From Trichosphaerium sp. ATCC 40318 (lineage: Eukaryota; Protista; Tubulinea), in the NCBI GenBank assembly GCA_038496445.1, contig JALMLS010000242.1, positions 35,090 through 99,089 on the forward strand: a stretch of 64,000 nucleotides of DNA, in the 5' to 3' direction. Of this stretch, positions 13,323 to 26,365 are shown piece after piece. Position 1 is the first letter of the stretch. Each line of letters starts with the position of its first letter. The notes under the pieces were generated by a model that did no database searches, was not told where the DNA came from, and saw only the letters and a list, made by a program, of their open reading frames with translations. A program made the position numbers and the translations under genes.

Positions 13323-16300
13323 ATGGCCAACATTGATAGTACAGACAACGGTAAGTGAAGCTCCTCAATTTTCAGCTCCATAAAAAAAAAAATTTGTCAC
13401 GTGCCATTACGATTTTCACGAGAAACGTTTCCGCTTTTCGGCGTGGGTTGCCCATTGCGAGAAAAATTCGCTGTAGCGTTTTTTGCACACAATTTTGGCG
13501 CTGTCACTAAACAAACAAAAGTGTTTGGTTTAGTATGTCCGTGCATAGGCAAGGCAACCCACAAATTATTAAATCTTTTTGTGTAAAGACTTTTGAAAAG
13601 TCCAAAGAAGTTTTCTCACTGAAAAAAACCAATTAAAAACATTGTTTGGCATCACTTCGCGTAGAGGATGCTACATAGGCATTTTTTCAACTTTTTGCAC
13701 AAAGTGAGGGAATCGCAAGAAACTCAAAAGTACTTTTTCGTAACCCATACTTTTTCGTGATATATTCAAAGCCTAAAAGATTTTTCTTTACTTAGTTGTG
13801 CTTATTTTACTCACAAAGGTTTGGACATAAAAGAAGAGTATGAAGTAGGAGGTCATCTCAGATATAGGGGAGAGGTAAAGAATGGCAAGCATGACGGTTT
13901 TGGTGAGCTGTATCATATAAAAGATATTGGCGAAATCAAACAAGGCGATACTCTCGAATACAAAGGTCAGTTTAAGGACAATAAGTTTCATGGTGATGGC
14001 GAGCTGTATCTCTCAGATGGTACTCTCGAATACAAAGGTCAGTTTAAGGACAATAAGTATCATGGTGATGGTGAGCTGTATCGCACAAATGGTACTCTCG
14101 CATACAAAGGTCAGTTTAAGGATGGTGAGGTTCATGGTGATGGTGAGTCTTATGTCTCAAATGGTACTCTCGCATACAAAGGTCAGTTTAAAGGCGGTTT
14201 ATATCATGGTGAGGGTGAGTTTTATTTACATGGTAGCCTCTATTACAAGGGTCAGTTTAAGGACCATTACCGTGATGGTTTTGGTGAGCTGTATCATATA
14301 AAAGATATTGGCAAAATCAAACAAGGTGATACTCTCAAATACAAAGGTCAGTTTGAGGCCAATAAGTTTCATGGTGATGGTAAGCTGTATCACACAAATG
14401 GTACTCTCGAATACAAAGGTCAGTTTAAGGACAATGAGTATCATGGTGATGGCGAGCTGTATCTCTCAGATGGTACTCTACAATACAAAGGCCAGTTTAA
14501 GGACAATGAGTATCATGGTGATGGTGAGCTGTATCTCTCAGATGGTACTCTACGATACAAAGGTCAATTTAAGAACAATCAGTATGAGGGTGTTGGAGTG
14601 TATTTTTATCAAAATGGTACCAAGTACATTGGGCAATTTGACAACAACAAGATTCAAGGTATTGGTGAGAAGTATTTGGCAGATGGTCGCAAATACATTG
14701 GTAAATTTGAGAATGCTAAGGCAGTAGGTAAAACACAGAAAAGTATTGCTGGAAAACCAGACCAGGCTGCCTTTTCTAACAACATGGATAAAACATTCTG
14801 TGAAGAATCCGTTTTTCCTAGCAATGATGTACAAGAAGATATAACACCAGTTACTGTGTGTTCTGATGGCACTACAGATGAGAGAGATCTCAAGAAATTG
14901 TTTCCGAATCCAGATAATACTATCCTTGATATCAATGATCCAACTGTACAAGGTATACCAGATGGAAAAAGAATGGTATTTGAATTTTATTCTAAAAGAC
15001 GCTACCAATACTGTAACAGTATTATTTTGAACCACCAAGATAGCTTTGAATCAGGTCTTTATGGTGATATTGTATTTATCTATGACCTTTGTAAAAAAGA
15101 TCCTGAGATATCACTTCATGAAGGTGCGGTGTCTTTTATACCACTACCTTTATACTTATTGATTATTTAAATAGTAACAACTATGGCACGTGGTCTTTCT
15201 GGAGTACGTGTGATACCCATAAAAAAGGACAAAATATCAGACAAAATGATACAACAGTTTAAACACATTTATTGGAGTGACCTCAGTAGTTTAATGAGAC
15301 ATCACATTGCTGATGGAGTGAGTCATAACAACTACGATTTTGTTGAGCAATTAGAAGCCAAAATAATGGTTGTAGGCCATGAAGGATCAGGTATTTAAGC
15401 TTGGATGAGTGATACACTAAATATTTATTAGGCAAGACAACACTTGTGAGGACATTGGCAAAGGAAACAAATATAATAGCGGATTCAACTATTGGTTTTG
15501 ATACATCACATCTCTCGTATGTTTAACTACTTTAGCGCTTGGGTTTAATGTGCTTTAGGTTCCAGGGCGTATCATTCACAGTGTTAGACTTTGCTGGACA
15601 GACGGAATACAAAGGATTACATAAGTACTTTTTAGCAAAGCAACTTACAATTTACATCATCGTTGTAAGTTCATAGTACACCAATATCACACTTGTTTCC
15701 TTATCATTCATCTTAGATTGACTTGTCAACATCAATCAAAGAGCAGCAGAAACACCTTAAATATTGGTGTCGGGCTTTAAATGAGATACTACATGATCAA
15801 GACCCAGAGCTATACTCAGTGATTGTATTTGGATCCAAGTTAGATATCTTTTTAGGCGATATCAAGGCCAATAAACAATCACTGCTCCCTATCGGACTAT
15901 CACTAGTACAGTACTTGTGCTTAGACGGTACCACCTTTATAACTTTTTTACAATCGCTTATTCTTTGTTGTTTAGGAACAAGTGCTCTTGTCAAATTATT
16001 GGATCAGCAAGCCAAGTACTTGAAGGCCCAATATCCAAAAGTACCATTGATCTACATTGACATAAAAAAAGCACTTGAGAATACAATCACAAACAAGGAT
16101 ACCCTAAAGGGTAACATCATATCAGTGTACGTTGTGTTTTAGCTGTAGTGGGTCTTGCTTTTGCTGATCAAGTATTTAATTAGGAGGAAAGTAGTAGAAC
16201 TGATACCCAAGATATGTGCAATGTCTCCAATAGAGTTGATTGCCGCATTAATTACCTTCATTCCATTGGTAGCATCATGTTTGATGAGGTGTGCGCTTCT

Positions 16301-19300
16301 CAAATGAGTAATATGCTTGCTTAAACAACTGACTTGTCTGCGTTTAGTCATCGTACACGCCATGTTTGAACCCTCCTATTCTATCTCGTATCATGAGTGC
16401 TTTTTTAGCACCCAAAGAACATCTTGATAGATTGATCAAAAACAACACTCATAGTCATCACGCTGTATTCACTGACTCAGAAGCTAAATCTCGAATCTCA
16501 AAGCTATTTCCAAAATGCACTAAACGTGAAGTGAAGCAGGTGATGAAATTCTTGGTACAAATGTCGTTCTGCGTTCGCTTGACAGAAGAAGAAAAGGTAA
16601 CAGATAGTGTATGTACTCTATAACTCATTGTCAATGTATTTATTCAGGTTGTGTATGGCGCTAATGGATACCTTATTATATCGCTATTACCTAAAGCTGA
16701 TATGTTTTACTTTCCTCCATTGACCCAAAAGGAGCAAAGTATTACGTTAGTTCAGACAAAGAACAAGTACCCACATGAGTTACCAGAAGTATTCTCTTTA
16801 TCTAAATCACCAACAAAGTGGAAGATATTATCGTACACACCTACAACAGACTCTAAAGTTGAACATAAAGTGGTAGAAATAGTCACCATAAACAAGGAAA
16901 CCAATAAAATAGTACGGCGTATTTCATATTCCATAACAATTCAAAACTAACAATATCACGTGTTAGTCACTACCTCATCAATATGAGGTCATACCACATG
17001 TTTCAAAGTTCTTGGCATACACCTTTAACTCACAAGATCTACCTATAGACATATTTAATGACTTGCAGAGAAGACTGAGAAGTACGCCAACATGAACGGT
17101 TTATGATCAGATACTAAACGCTAAAAATAGAGTTCCAAAACAAAGAGTTTCGTTTGTTTTCAAACTTGATTGTACTCTCTGATTTCTATGGCAATATCAT
17201 CACATTGTATTATGTTGATCATAGCATCAAAATTGTCATTAGAGGCATAGTACCACAGCTATGGATGGTAATAACATGAACAGAAGTTTAAACATTGACA
17301 TTTTTAGGAATCTCTTGATACATACCTAAAACCTTTGGACATCACTCCAATTCCGCTATGTCCAGTCAGCATACAATTTGGAGAGTTTGTTGAGGTCACA
17401 AACAATTTGTATGAGTGCAAGAAGATAAGTGAGTGTATTAGGCATACATTTATACACGTGTAGTTGTCATATATTATACAACTAGATGGCATATTTCCAA
17501 GTTAACAAACTGATTATTTCTTAGAACATGTTGTCACTGAGACTCATTTAAAAGAAGGATTTCCTGTACTCAAACATGCGAGACATAATCTGTGGGGTAG
17601 CTTGCATGGAGAAAGATTTCTAAAAATGGGTGACTGGGAAACACCTCAACAGTATCCTGGGTTACGAATCACGTTTCTCACAAAAGATGAAAAAAACAAA
17701 GTACAACCCACATTTGAATACCATGACTTTCTTACTAAAAGCATTGATAAGGAACGTTATGATGAGTATTTGAGAGCTAGCAACATGTTTTATGAGTTCA
17801 TGGGGACTGACAGTGCTTCATTTTATGAGTTGGAGAAGATTGCGTTCTTGAACAATCCAAAACTTGAAGACAAATTTGAGGAGCAATACAATACTTTTGT
17901 CAAGAAAGTACTTCAATCCAAAAAATCAGGCAAGTCACACCCTTGGTCAGCTTTTTCTAATAGTATAGATGTGAATGATGATTCTACTGTGGATGAAGAT
18001 ACACATAAATTACAAGAACGGACTTTGAATCATTTGAAGAGCCATGTGATGCGTGTTTCAGGCAATGAGCAAATCAACCTCATACCTGGATTACACGGTA
18101 CATCAGAGGTATATCACATTTATTCTCATTAGTACCAAGAAATAGTTAACCTTAGATTTTAGGATTCTAGTTTTAAGATCGCTTGGAACAACTTTAGAGA
18201 ACCACATGAGAATACAAACAAGAAAGATGGAGGATACTTTGGTATGGCTTAGTAATAAGTTAGTTTAATTAACTAAAAACTTACAAAGGAGCTGGTATTT
18301 ACTTCACTCAATACCCTGATTGTGGTAAGTCATTTTATACAATCAAAGCTCTCTCACTCAACCAATTTTGTATTCTTGTATTAACAATTGAGGTAGGAAG
18401 GAAGTATGCTGAATGGAACGGAGAGAAGAAACCACGCATGTTGATATCATGGATAATGATGGGAAAACCTTATCCAGTAACAGAGAAACCCATACCAGGT
18501 CCCAACTCTCTTTATGGCAAAGAATGCAAGGTACAACTCTTTTTTTCTTTATGTGACTGCTTATAGTTTTGTTTTTAGAAAGGTTATGATTCTCACTATG
18601 TCCTCACTAAATCATCAACTGGGCATCCATGTGGCATTGATGATAAAATAGATCAAAACGAGATTGTTGTATTTTCAAAAAACCAAGTATGTAGACATCA
18701 CCACGTAGCCTTTCTGCCATATTACAATGTGTTCTTATTTAATGATCTAGATTCTTCCACGATACCTTGTGTACTACAAAGCAATAGACAGTACCAATAT
18801 AGACTCATATGAACTCAAGTACAGGGATGCTAAATGTCTTGTTTTGTGGGTTGACGCTAATCTATCAGTTGAAAACAAGAAGATTATGGAAATGCTTAAA
18901 AACAGGCCAAAGAAGACAGAGGTACACAAACCAAATACAGCCATTCATCTAAAGAAATACAAAGGTGTTGGTGATGAAGTCATCATCTGCGGTTTTGGCA
19001 TGGATCGATAAGTTCAAAGGGTTCTGTAACAACAGATTACATATCATCACAAATAGATATCGAAAAGGTGATGGAGATGAGCTAGCAGCAGAGAAGTTGA
19101 TAAAGAGCATAAGAAAAATTAAAATATGTGCCAAAACACCTATTCTTGTTTTTTGTGGTATGTCAACTACCCCTTTATTAATCACGTGATTTTTTGTTAA
19201 CACACTGTTTGTTAGGAGACACGTCAAAGGCAAAATACCTCAAGAAAAAATACAAAAAGGTTTCCATCACGAATAAAGTTCAAGATGTATTGGAGATGTA

Positions 19301-19301
19301 A
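13323..19301 (+). CDS. ROCO-PARP protein copy 1: MORN repeats - linker - Roc - COR-like - ARTD/PARP catalytic - pseudo-receiver; start exon inferred
   Basis: Putative exon 1 MANIDSTDNG (13323-13350) splices in frame to 13819. About 12 MORN repeats (YKGQFKDNxYHGxGELY). Roc motifs: VGHEGSG|KTTL, STIGFD, VLDFAGQTEY, FGSKLD. COR-like YLHSIGSIMF..NPPILSRIM. ART motifs: LHGTS, GGYFG|AGIYF, MLISWIMMG, GYDSHY, QNEIVVF..Q|ILPRYLVYY. C-terminal VLWVDAN..IITNRYR..AAEKLIKSIR..PILVFCG. Confidence 0.85.
13866..14720 (+). repeat. Highly conserved 69-72-bp MORN-encoding tandem repeats
   Basis: Repeated TACAAAGGTCAGTTTAAGGACAAT...CATGGTGATGG.GAGCTGTAT; a longer unit carrying HIKDIGxIKQGDTL occurs twice (~13914 and ~14295). 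Confidence 0.9.
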
Positions 19302-20297
19302 GAATAGCTTACATCTTTCCTCAAAAGTTTACTATTACGCAAGCTATGTAGTTCAGACATTGCTTCTTGCTTCTACCAACAATGTTAATAAATTAAGAAC
19401 GCACTACTGTTGAAACGGTACTCAAAATGTAATAACATAGTTGTCAACGAACAAATGCCACTTTTATACAAGCTTGTCTTTTTGGTGCTTCAATGAGAGA
19501 CGACACGAGGAGCTAAACGTTAATCCCATTAAATAAGTACATCACCTTTTTATGGAATGACGTTATTGTAAAATGTGAAAATCCCTACTCCCAAACTTCC
19601 TGTGATGTATATAGTGCCTACGCCATAGCGTATTCAACCGCGCAGCGAAAATTTCTCTACTTCTCGATTGGAACACCGGAAAAGGACAAAGTCGCGAAAT
19701 GTTGTTCGGCGGATTGTTTGCATAGTATACCGCCTTGTTATCAAGAGTCGTGATGTTAATTAAACGAGTTTCGGCCTAAATCATGGTCGATTAGTTCAGA
19801 AAGACAAAAACCAAATCAAAACCATCTATTATGCGGCTACATGACAGAGTTTATCACATACAGTTGTTTATTGGTGCTACCTTCTAAACTTGCTTCCAAA
19901 AACAGCAAAACGCGAATAAATACACGATATCCACTACGCATACGCATTAAAACACTGTAACAGACGAATACTAGAATTATACTAATTAGGAAACCAGAAA
20001 TGCGCTTTTTTTATAAAAATAAAGTAATTAGATCTCGACGCGTAAAGAGTAGTATCTAGACACTTTATGTAGTGATCCAAAAACAACAGAAAACTAAAAA
20101 ATTTCATATTTAGCGAAAATAGGTCAATAATTAACGACAACTATCGTACACCGTCATAGCTCTAGTTTTAATGCAAACATAGGGGTTGTAGCGGATCCGA
20201 AGCGAAAACCGAAAACCTGAAATTGTTATTTTTAATTAGCTAAAAAAATCAAATAAAGTCAATAGAGGAGATTATTTTCTGCAACTATTTGACAAAC

Positions 20298-21637
20298 ATG
20301 CAACACGTACAAGCTGTCATATATTTCTGTTTTTTAGTCTTATTCGGACAACTCGCAGTCGGTCAGACTCTAGAATACGAGTTTAACTTTAATGGAAATC
20401 TATTAGATGACGTTGGTGACGGGTACCCCTTTTAGGTGTTCCCTCACATGATTATTTACTTTTTCTCAAATAGAAACTTAACAATAGGCATACCAGAGGT
20501 CTATAACATGACAGAGGGCTGTCTAGAGCTACCATTGAACACAAACCCTTCGTTGGTACTAAACAACCCGGACATTCTAAAAAACGCACCATACACTGTT
20601 ATACTTCAAGTCCAAGTACTACAAACAAGTTCTTTCGGGAGAATCCTTGGATGGGTACCTTCCAGTGACAGTGGCTTGCTCTTTCAAGGAAATACCATTG
20701 ATTATTTTGGATTTTCTGGTAGAACTGATTCCTACAATGTGCTTGATGATATCAGCTTGATCTTTTTCTCGTACGCCAAAGAAATTTGAAACTTAAAAGA
20801 AACGAACCTTTACTTCTTGTTTTTTCTTACTCTTTCATTCACAGGTATGACCCTACAACAAAAAATGCTACGTTTGGTCTTGTGGATAATTCAACAATAC
20901 GGTCATCAAACATTGTATCAACTGGGGCCCCAAATATTGTGGATACAGTACGAATAATGACAGATAATACTGGAAGCTTCGGAAATGAGCATTACAAGAC
21001 ATGTCTTTATAAAGTGATGTTCTATTCCGGAGCTTTTATTCCAACATCAATCGAGCCACCTACATTACCACCACCAACAACTACAGCACCAAGTACAGTG
21101 TCTCCAACAACTTTACCTCCAACAACGCTACCTCCAACAACTGTGCCTCCAACAACTGTATCTCCAACAACTATGCCTCCAACGACTGTGCCTCCAACAA
21201 CGCTACCTCCAACAACTGAGTCTCCAACAACTGTGCCTCCAACGACTGTACCTCCAACGACACTACCTCCAACAACTACAGCACCAAGTACAGTGTCTCC
21301 AACAACTTTACCTCCAACAACGCTACCTCCAACAACTGTGCCACCAACAACTGTATCACCTACAACACCTACAACGCTAGCTCCAACTGAAGCACCAACA
21401 ACTGTATCACCAACAACGCTAGCTCCAACTGCACCTCCAACGACTACAGCTCCAACGACTGAAGCACCAACAACTGCGTCTCCAACAACTGCATCTCCAA
21501 CAACGATGGCACCTACAACTGAAGCTCCAACAACTGATCAACCAATCACTCTGGGATTAGCATCTAGCACATTTTTTACGCTACCTTCGTTAGCTTTGTT
21601 TGTTGTTACAACAGTTGCATTACTTGCAACACAATAA
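20298..21637 (+). CDS. Secreted/GPI-like surface protein: LamG-like N-domain + mucin-like PTT repeats
   Basis: Signal peptide MQHVQAVIYFCFLVLFGQLAVG; YEFNFNGNLLD start typical of LamG-like domains; 15-bp repeats encoding (P/S)PTT(L/V); hydrophobic C-terminus. Confidence 0.8.
21058..21540 (+). repeat. 15-bp CCTCCAACAACT-based coding minisatellite
   Basis: Tandem CCAACAAC/CCAACGAC units with a higher-order duplication (21075-21165 similar to 21270-21360). Confidence 0.9.
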
Positions 21638-22199
21638 AACTCAAGAGATAATATGATTTTAAATTTCAGCATGTGTAGCTTCGGGAAGCGCCAATAAGTT
21701 AACAATAAGCAATACCCAGCTGGCACGTGGCTACATTAAAACTTGGCCATGTACCTAGGTTCTTTCACGTAAACTACACTCAATTTTCTCTTTTAGAAAT
21801 GTAGCTTTTCAGAAAACAAAGAACAAATTAAAGACGCACTTCGTTAGCAAGAAAGTGGTTTTATCAAAAAAAACAATATTTATAAAAAAATCTAAGAGTA
21901 ACATGTAATATTGCATGCTGTTACATATCCCGAAGATAGTATTTATCAGACATTTTCTCACAGCGCCCATCACACTTTTCAAGTTGACAATCAATGACTC
22001 GTTTTATCCTGGGTTTGAAAATAAGCACAACACGGCTTAACTTTTATCTACATTCTTTAGCAAGAAACTGTATTTTTAGAGTCCACGTGACTTGGGTTTT
22101 TTGAGTTTTCAAGCCAAGCTACTGGATTTCTTTGTTAAACTTTTCTGAAACGGGCGTGCGAAATATGTTTATGTAATATAGGCAAGAGCTATCGTACAA

Positions 22200-25100
22200 T
22201 TACAGTACACAGTTGCTAGCAACCAGTTTTAAAAGCGCTGCTTTAAAACCCTTATAATTCTGGGTAGCAGCTTTGAGATAGCACTCAATATACTTGCTGC
22301 CAGTCACAACATCCCACGTCTTTTTAAGTATGGCAAGATTATCGATACTATCCTGTACCACCCAGTTGTTGTATGCAGTATCAATTGAAGTCTTCATGCG
22401 ATGATAACTGCAAGTATACAATGACACAAAGAAAGGAATACAAATCGCCAAATTGATTGTAGACATCGGTATCAGCTGATATTCTAGATTCTTTACCGTA
22501 CATATATGCCTAAACTTCCATCCCTCACGTCTTTTCATTTTTGTACCATCGCCTGAAGCACTTCCCCAACAGGTCAAGACATAGCGTGGATTTGTGGTAC
22601 CACAGCTCTCCATAATGGCTTTCTCTGTTATATTTCTACAACAAGAAGTTTAGTTCTTGGAAAAAAAACTGTAAGCGGTACCTGTGAACAATACCCCGCT
22701 TGTGCACTTCTTCTAGAGTATCAATGAGTTCCAATGCTTTTGTTATGTTGAATGTAGTTTCATCAGGTTTTACTAGATACTCCATTGTAATACCAGTTGA
22801 TGCAATATGATACTAGTAAGAGAATGAGTTTTGTTTCAAAGCTCTTCAAACGTACAACTTTGGGAACTCCAGGGATATTCACCAAGCGACTCAATACTTC
22901 TATTTCATTAGTGCCCAAGGATGCAGTTAAGTACTGTTTAAATGCCACTGGTTGTGGACTGCTACGAGTGCTGATGTCCACCTTGTAAATGGTAGCATTG
23001 AAACCTACTCCAAGTACTTCTGTAGGTGTATATTGCTTACCCGCAATTGTACATAATATTGGAGTATACCCAAGGTTTTCTAATGTTAGGCTTAGCAGGT
23101 GTAACAACTGCATTAGTCCCTCATCCGCAGTGTGAGAGATATTCAGCGCTCTGTACATAGCTGTAAAAAGAGATGTTATGTATTCAACACCTTTAGAGCC
23201 TAAAGCGTCACCAGGCGTGTCTGCTGTTTCTACCGTTTTCTTAAAAACGTCCATTACGTTTGTTTCAGTATAGCTGTATGATGGTCTCGAGGAATCATCC
23301 TTCAAAAGTGTCATTTTGAACATTTTAATTTTTACCATATTCTGAAGAATACCGTATACGTATTTGCGATGAGGTTGTGCTTCCATAATTGAATGCATAT
23401 TTTGCCATACTCTACCTTCCTCATCTGGAGTGAAATTATCTTCTAAACAATTCAATATGTAAGTCAAACTGGCTCAAGTTTGCGTACTAGAACAAAAAAC
23501 AATATTCCATGTCAACACGTGATGGTGCCACGTGAGTTCTCCATGTTCAGTATTTTGAAGCTGTTTTGGTACTACGACTATACCGGGGCTTGAAACAAAG
23601 GTATCATCTGGCCGGAGAAAGGCACTGAGGGTTTCAGTAATGGGTATGCATGTATCTTTATTTTCAACGGAGTTTCGAGGGTTCTTGGAACGAAAGAATG
23701 TGAATACCTCTAAGCAACGTTAGATAGTGCACCTTTGATACCTGTACCTTTTAATTTGATTTTATCAAAGAAGTGTTGATTTCTCTTCTTGGCACCGGTG
23801 CAAACATACGCAGTATCTTCCAATCCTTGTATTTCTTAGCACGTGTATTTTCAGAAAATTACAAAAAAACGTACTCATCTTCAGTTTTTCAGCTAAGTAC
23901 TGCTGTTTGCATTGGCGCTCTAGTTCTTTATACACTCTAGTTTCCTTTTTTTGTGTAAGTGGATTAGATCTTGTTGTTTGTTTTACTCTTATCAGCTTTA
24001 CTCTATCATTGCATGTGCATAGAGAAGGAAACTTTTTACATTTCTTGCAACGATTGTCAGCTGTACTTGAAATACAATTGAGGATTTCATTTAAAACACC
24101 TTTGTAGTCTATGGCATCTGCTCGTTGCAAACAACGTCTCCAATTGAAGGGAAGAACCCTTGCCCAAACCTTTTCTAGAGCTTCAGCGCGCACTCTTTTG
24201 AAAACCTGATTCCCCCTTGCGTGTGCCTCCAGAAAACCCTCATATGCTAAGTCGACTTTATCCTTGTTTTGTTTCGACATACAATAGTATGCCATCACAA
24301 AAATGAATGAGTACAAGTCATCCTTTGGTGTGTATGCATTACTGGAGAGGTACTAGCCCACGCTTCATACAATTGTGGAGCGAACATGAGACCCCCACTT
24401 AAACTAATTCGTCCAGTATCTGTTGTGGCGGCTCCCCAATCAATCAACATGTACCGTGGTTTTTCTTCTTTGCAAGTTGGTGGTAGTAGCATGATATTCG
24501 AAGTAGATATGTCTCTGTAGAAAATAAGAATGAGTTGTAAAAGGAATAGATAATATGTGGTTACTTGTGGATAACACCTCTACTGTGAACAATCTCAAGA
24601 GTTTCAATTATGTGTTTTGCAAGTAACTCAAAGTCAAACTCAGCGTCTCTGTAGCTTTGACAAATACAATCCATTGCAAATCCTACACCTGGGCTTCACC
24701 AACCTAAACAGCTTGAATAAAGTAGTATTGGTTGATTTGGAAAGAAATCGTTGATAAACACGTACAACTTTTGGAACACCAGGAACATCTTTGAGAAGAT
24801 GTAATATTCTCATTTCTCGATCCATTTTTGGCTTTATTGGGTCACCCTTATTAAAGTAATTCTTGAACGCAACATACTTTGGAGGATCATTGTTGGACAA
24901 GTATATCATGTAGACTGCTCCATGAGCACCTGTACCAAGCACTTTTCGAGGTACATACGCAAACCCATTGATTGTAAATACTTTCGAAATATATCCAAGA
25001 TCGCCAAGCTTGTAATTTAACAAACTTACCAAATGCTTTAGCCCTTCACCTGGAGCATCTGAATCAATTAAATCCATTTCGGGCGTCGAATAATACATGG

Positions 25101-26023
25101 GTTTGTATAGATGTCCTTGTGGCAATCTTGAAAAATTGAATTTTCTGATAATTTTGAAGTATTCCATACACAAATTCACGACGAGGTTGGGCTTTAAGGG
25201 TTCTATGCATGGCACTCCATATCATGCCTTTATCATGTGCGGTGAATGAAGCTAATAACACAATAATAAGCAACAAATAAACCAGTCATTTGCATACCGT
25301 TGCCTTCCAATATGTCCCAAGTTAACACGTGATGATACAATGTACAATCTCTTTCACGAATCGTTTTGAGTTGTGGTATGATTCGAAAACAATTTGGAAG
25401 AAATGATTTGGCATCTGGAACAACATTTGCACGAATATTTGGACAAATATCATCACGTGATAAAAATGATGCGAAATCAGCAGTGTATTTGTCAAGAGAA
25501 CATGATTTGAGCTTTAACATCATCAATTGAAATGTTTGACATGACTCAATGTATTGCTTAGACGTTTCAGGATGACAAAATGAGTGTTGATATTCTGTTT
25601 TCTCAGCAATGGAATGTGCAATGGCAGGATACCCTTACGAAAACAATTAGAAAAAAAAATCAAACAGTAAAAGGTCATACCTTGCATCGTCCTCTGCCTC
25701 AAGGATGTATCTCTCAATAAATTCAAGTACAGCTGCTCGTTCTCATTTTCCATCACTCTTTGGCGTTTGTGTTCGTATTCATTTTCTTCTTCAGCACAAT
25801 GCTGTCTTTTGTTTTGAAGAATTCGTAATTCTGCTTTTATTTCTTCAACTTCCTTGCTCAGTTTTTTTTTGAGCTCTTCAGATATGATACTATCGCCAGG
25901 TCTTTCGTTTTTGGCTTCTACTAATTCATGAGTTGAAACCTTGCTGTGTATTTCGGTTTGTTCAGTACCAGTGGTCTGTTTGTTGCAAGCATCAAACACC
26001 ATATCAATCATTTCTGCCGTCAT
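22200..26023 (-). CDS. Fused tandem [degenerate REase + kinase]-[degenerate REase + pseudokinase] protein, Crinkler/FunK1-like
   Basis: Module 1: YHHVLTWDILE, AQPRREFVYGILQN, LGTGAHGAVY, VAFK, HR|DISTSN, IDWG. There is no stop after CxxCxxxPSLCTC; the frame continues through short introns (~23836-23875, ~23710-23747) into module 2: WHHHVLTWNI, AQPHRKYVYGILQN, LGVGFNATIY, VAFK, HR|NITEKA, TCWG. Confidence 0.75.
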
Positions 26024-26342
26024 TATGCTGTGCTAATAAAGTAAGCAAACAAGCGATTTAGAAAGTAGGTATTGCAGAAAACTGGATCTTAAATAAAATA
26101 CTGATAATTGCTTATACTGTAGTATGCACGCGCAGGTGCAGTGATTAAAGCGATTTAATTGTTGTGTAGATTGAAATTATTAAAAACAACTCAAAATAAG
26201 GTTTTTAGGTTTACGCCATAAGGACACGCACAAAGAAACCTGTTAGGCTAAAATTATCTATTATAAGACGTTTCCCGACTGTTCTAACTTGCTTGCTTCT
26301 GTGTACTTTAGCTGACTTGTCGAATTACGTAGAAGGTTGTTT

Positions 26343-26365
26343 ACCTTTTTAAGTAAGGTCAGAAC
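26343..26365. promoter_or_regulatory. Conserved imperfect palindrome ACCTT-N7-AAGGT-CAGAAC upstream of the kinase gene
   Basis: Near copies at 33112-33134, 36967-36987 and 37172-37195, each upstream of a kinase-family paralogue. Confidence 0.5.

Noticed and set aside
13866-14600. CRISPR-like appearance of regularly spaced repeats
   Set aside because: Units are in-frame 69-72-bp coding MORN repeats without unique spacers; eukaryotic context and no cas genes.
13927-14727. Alternative-frame repetitive ORFs (MVMVSCISQMVL...), likewise 1813-2064 and 59168-59617
   Set aside because: Shadow frames of coding tandem repeats.
23765-24316. ORF end at 23765 as the stop of an independent kinase gene
   Set aside because: An intron at ~23836-23875 shifts the frame and continues in frame into the pseudokinase module.
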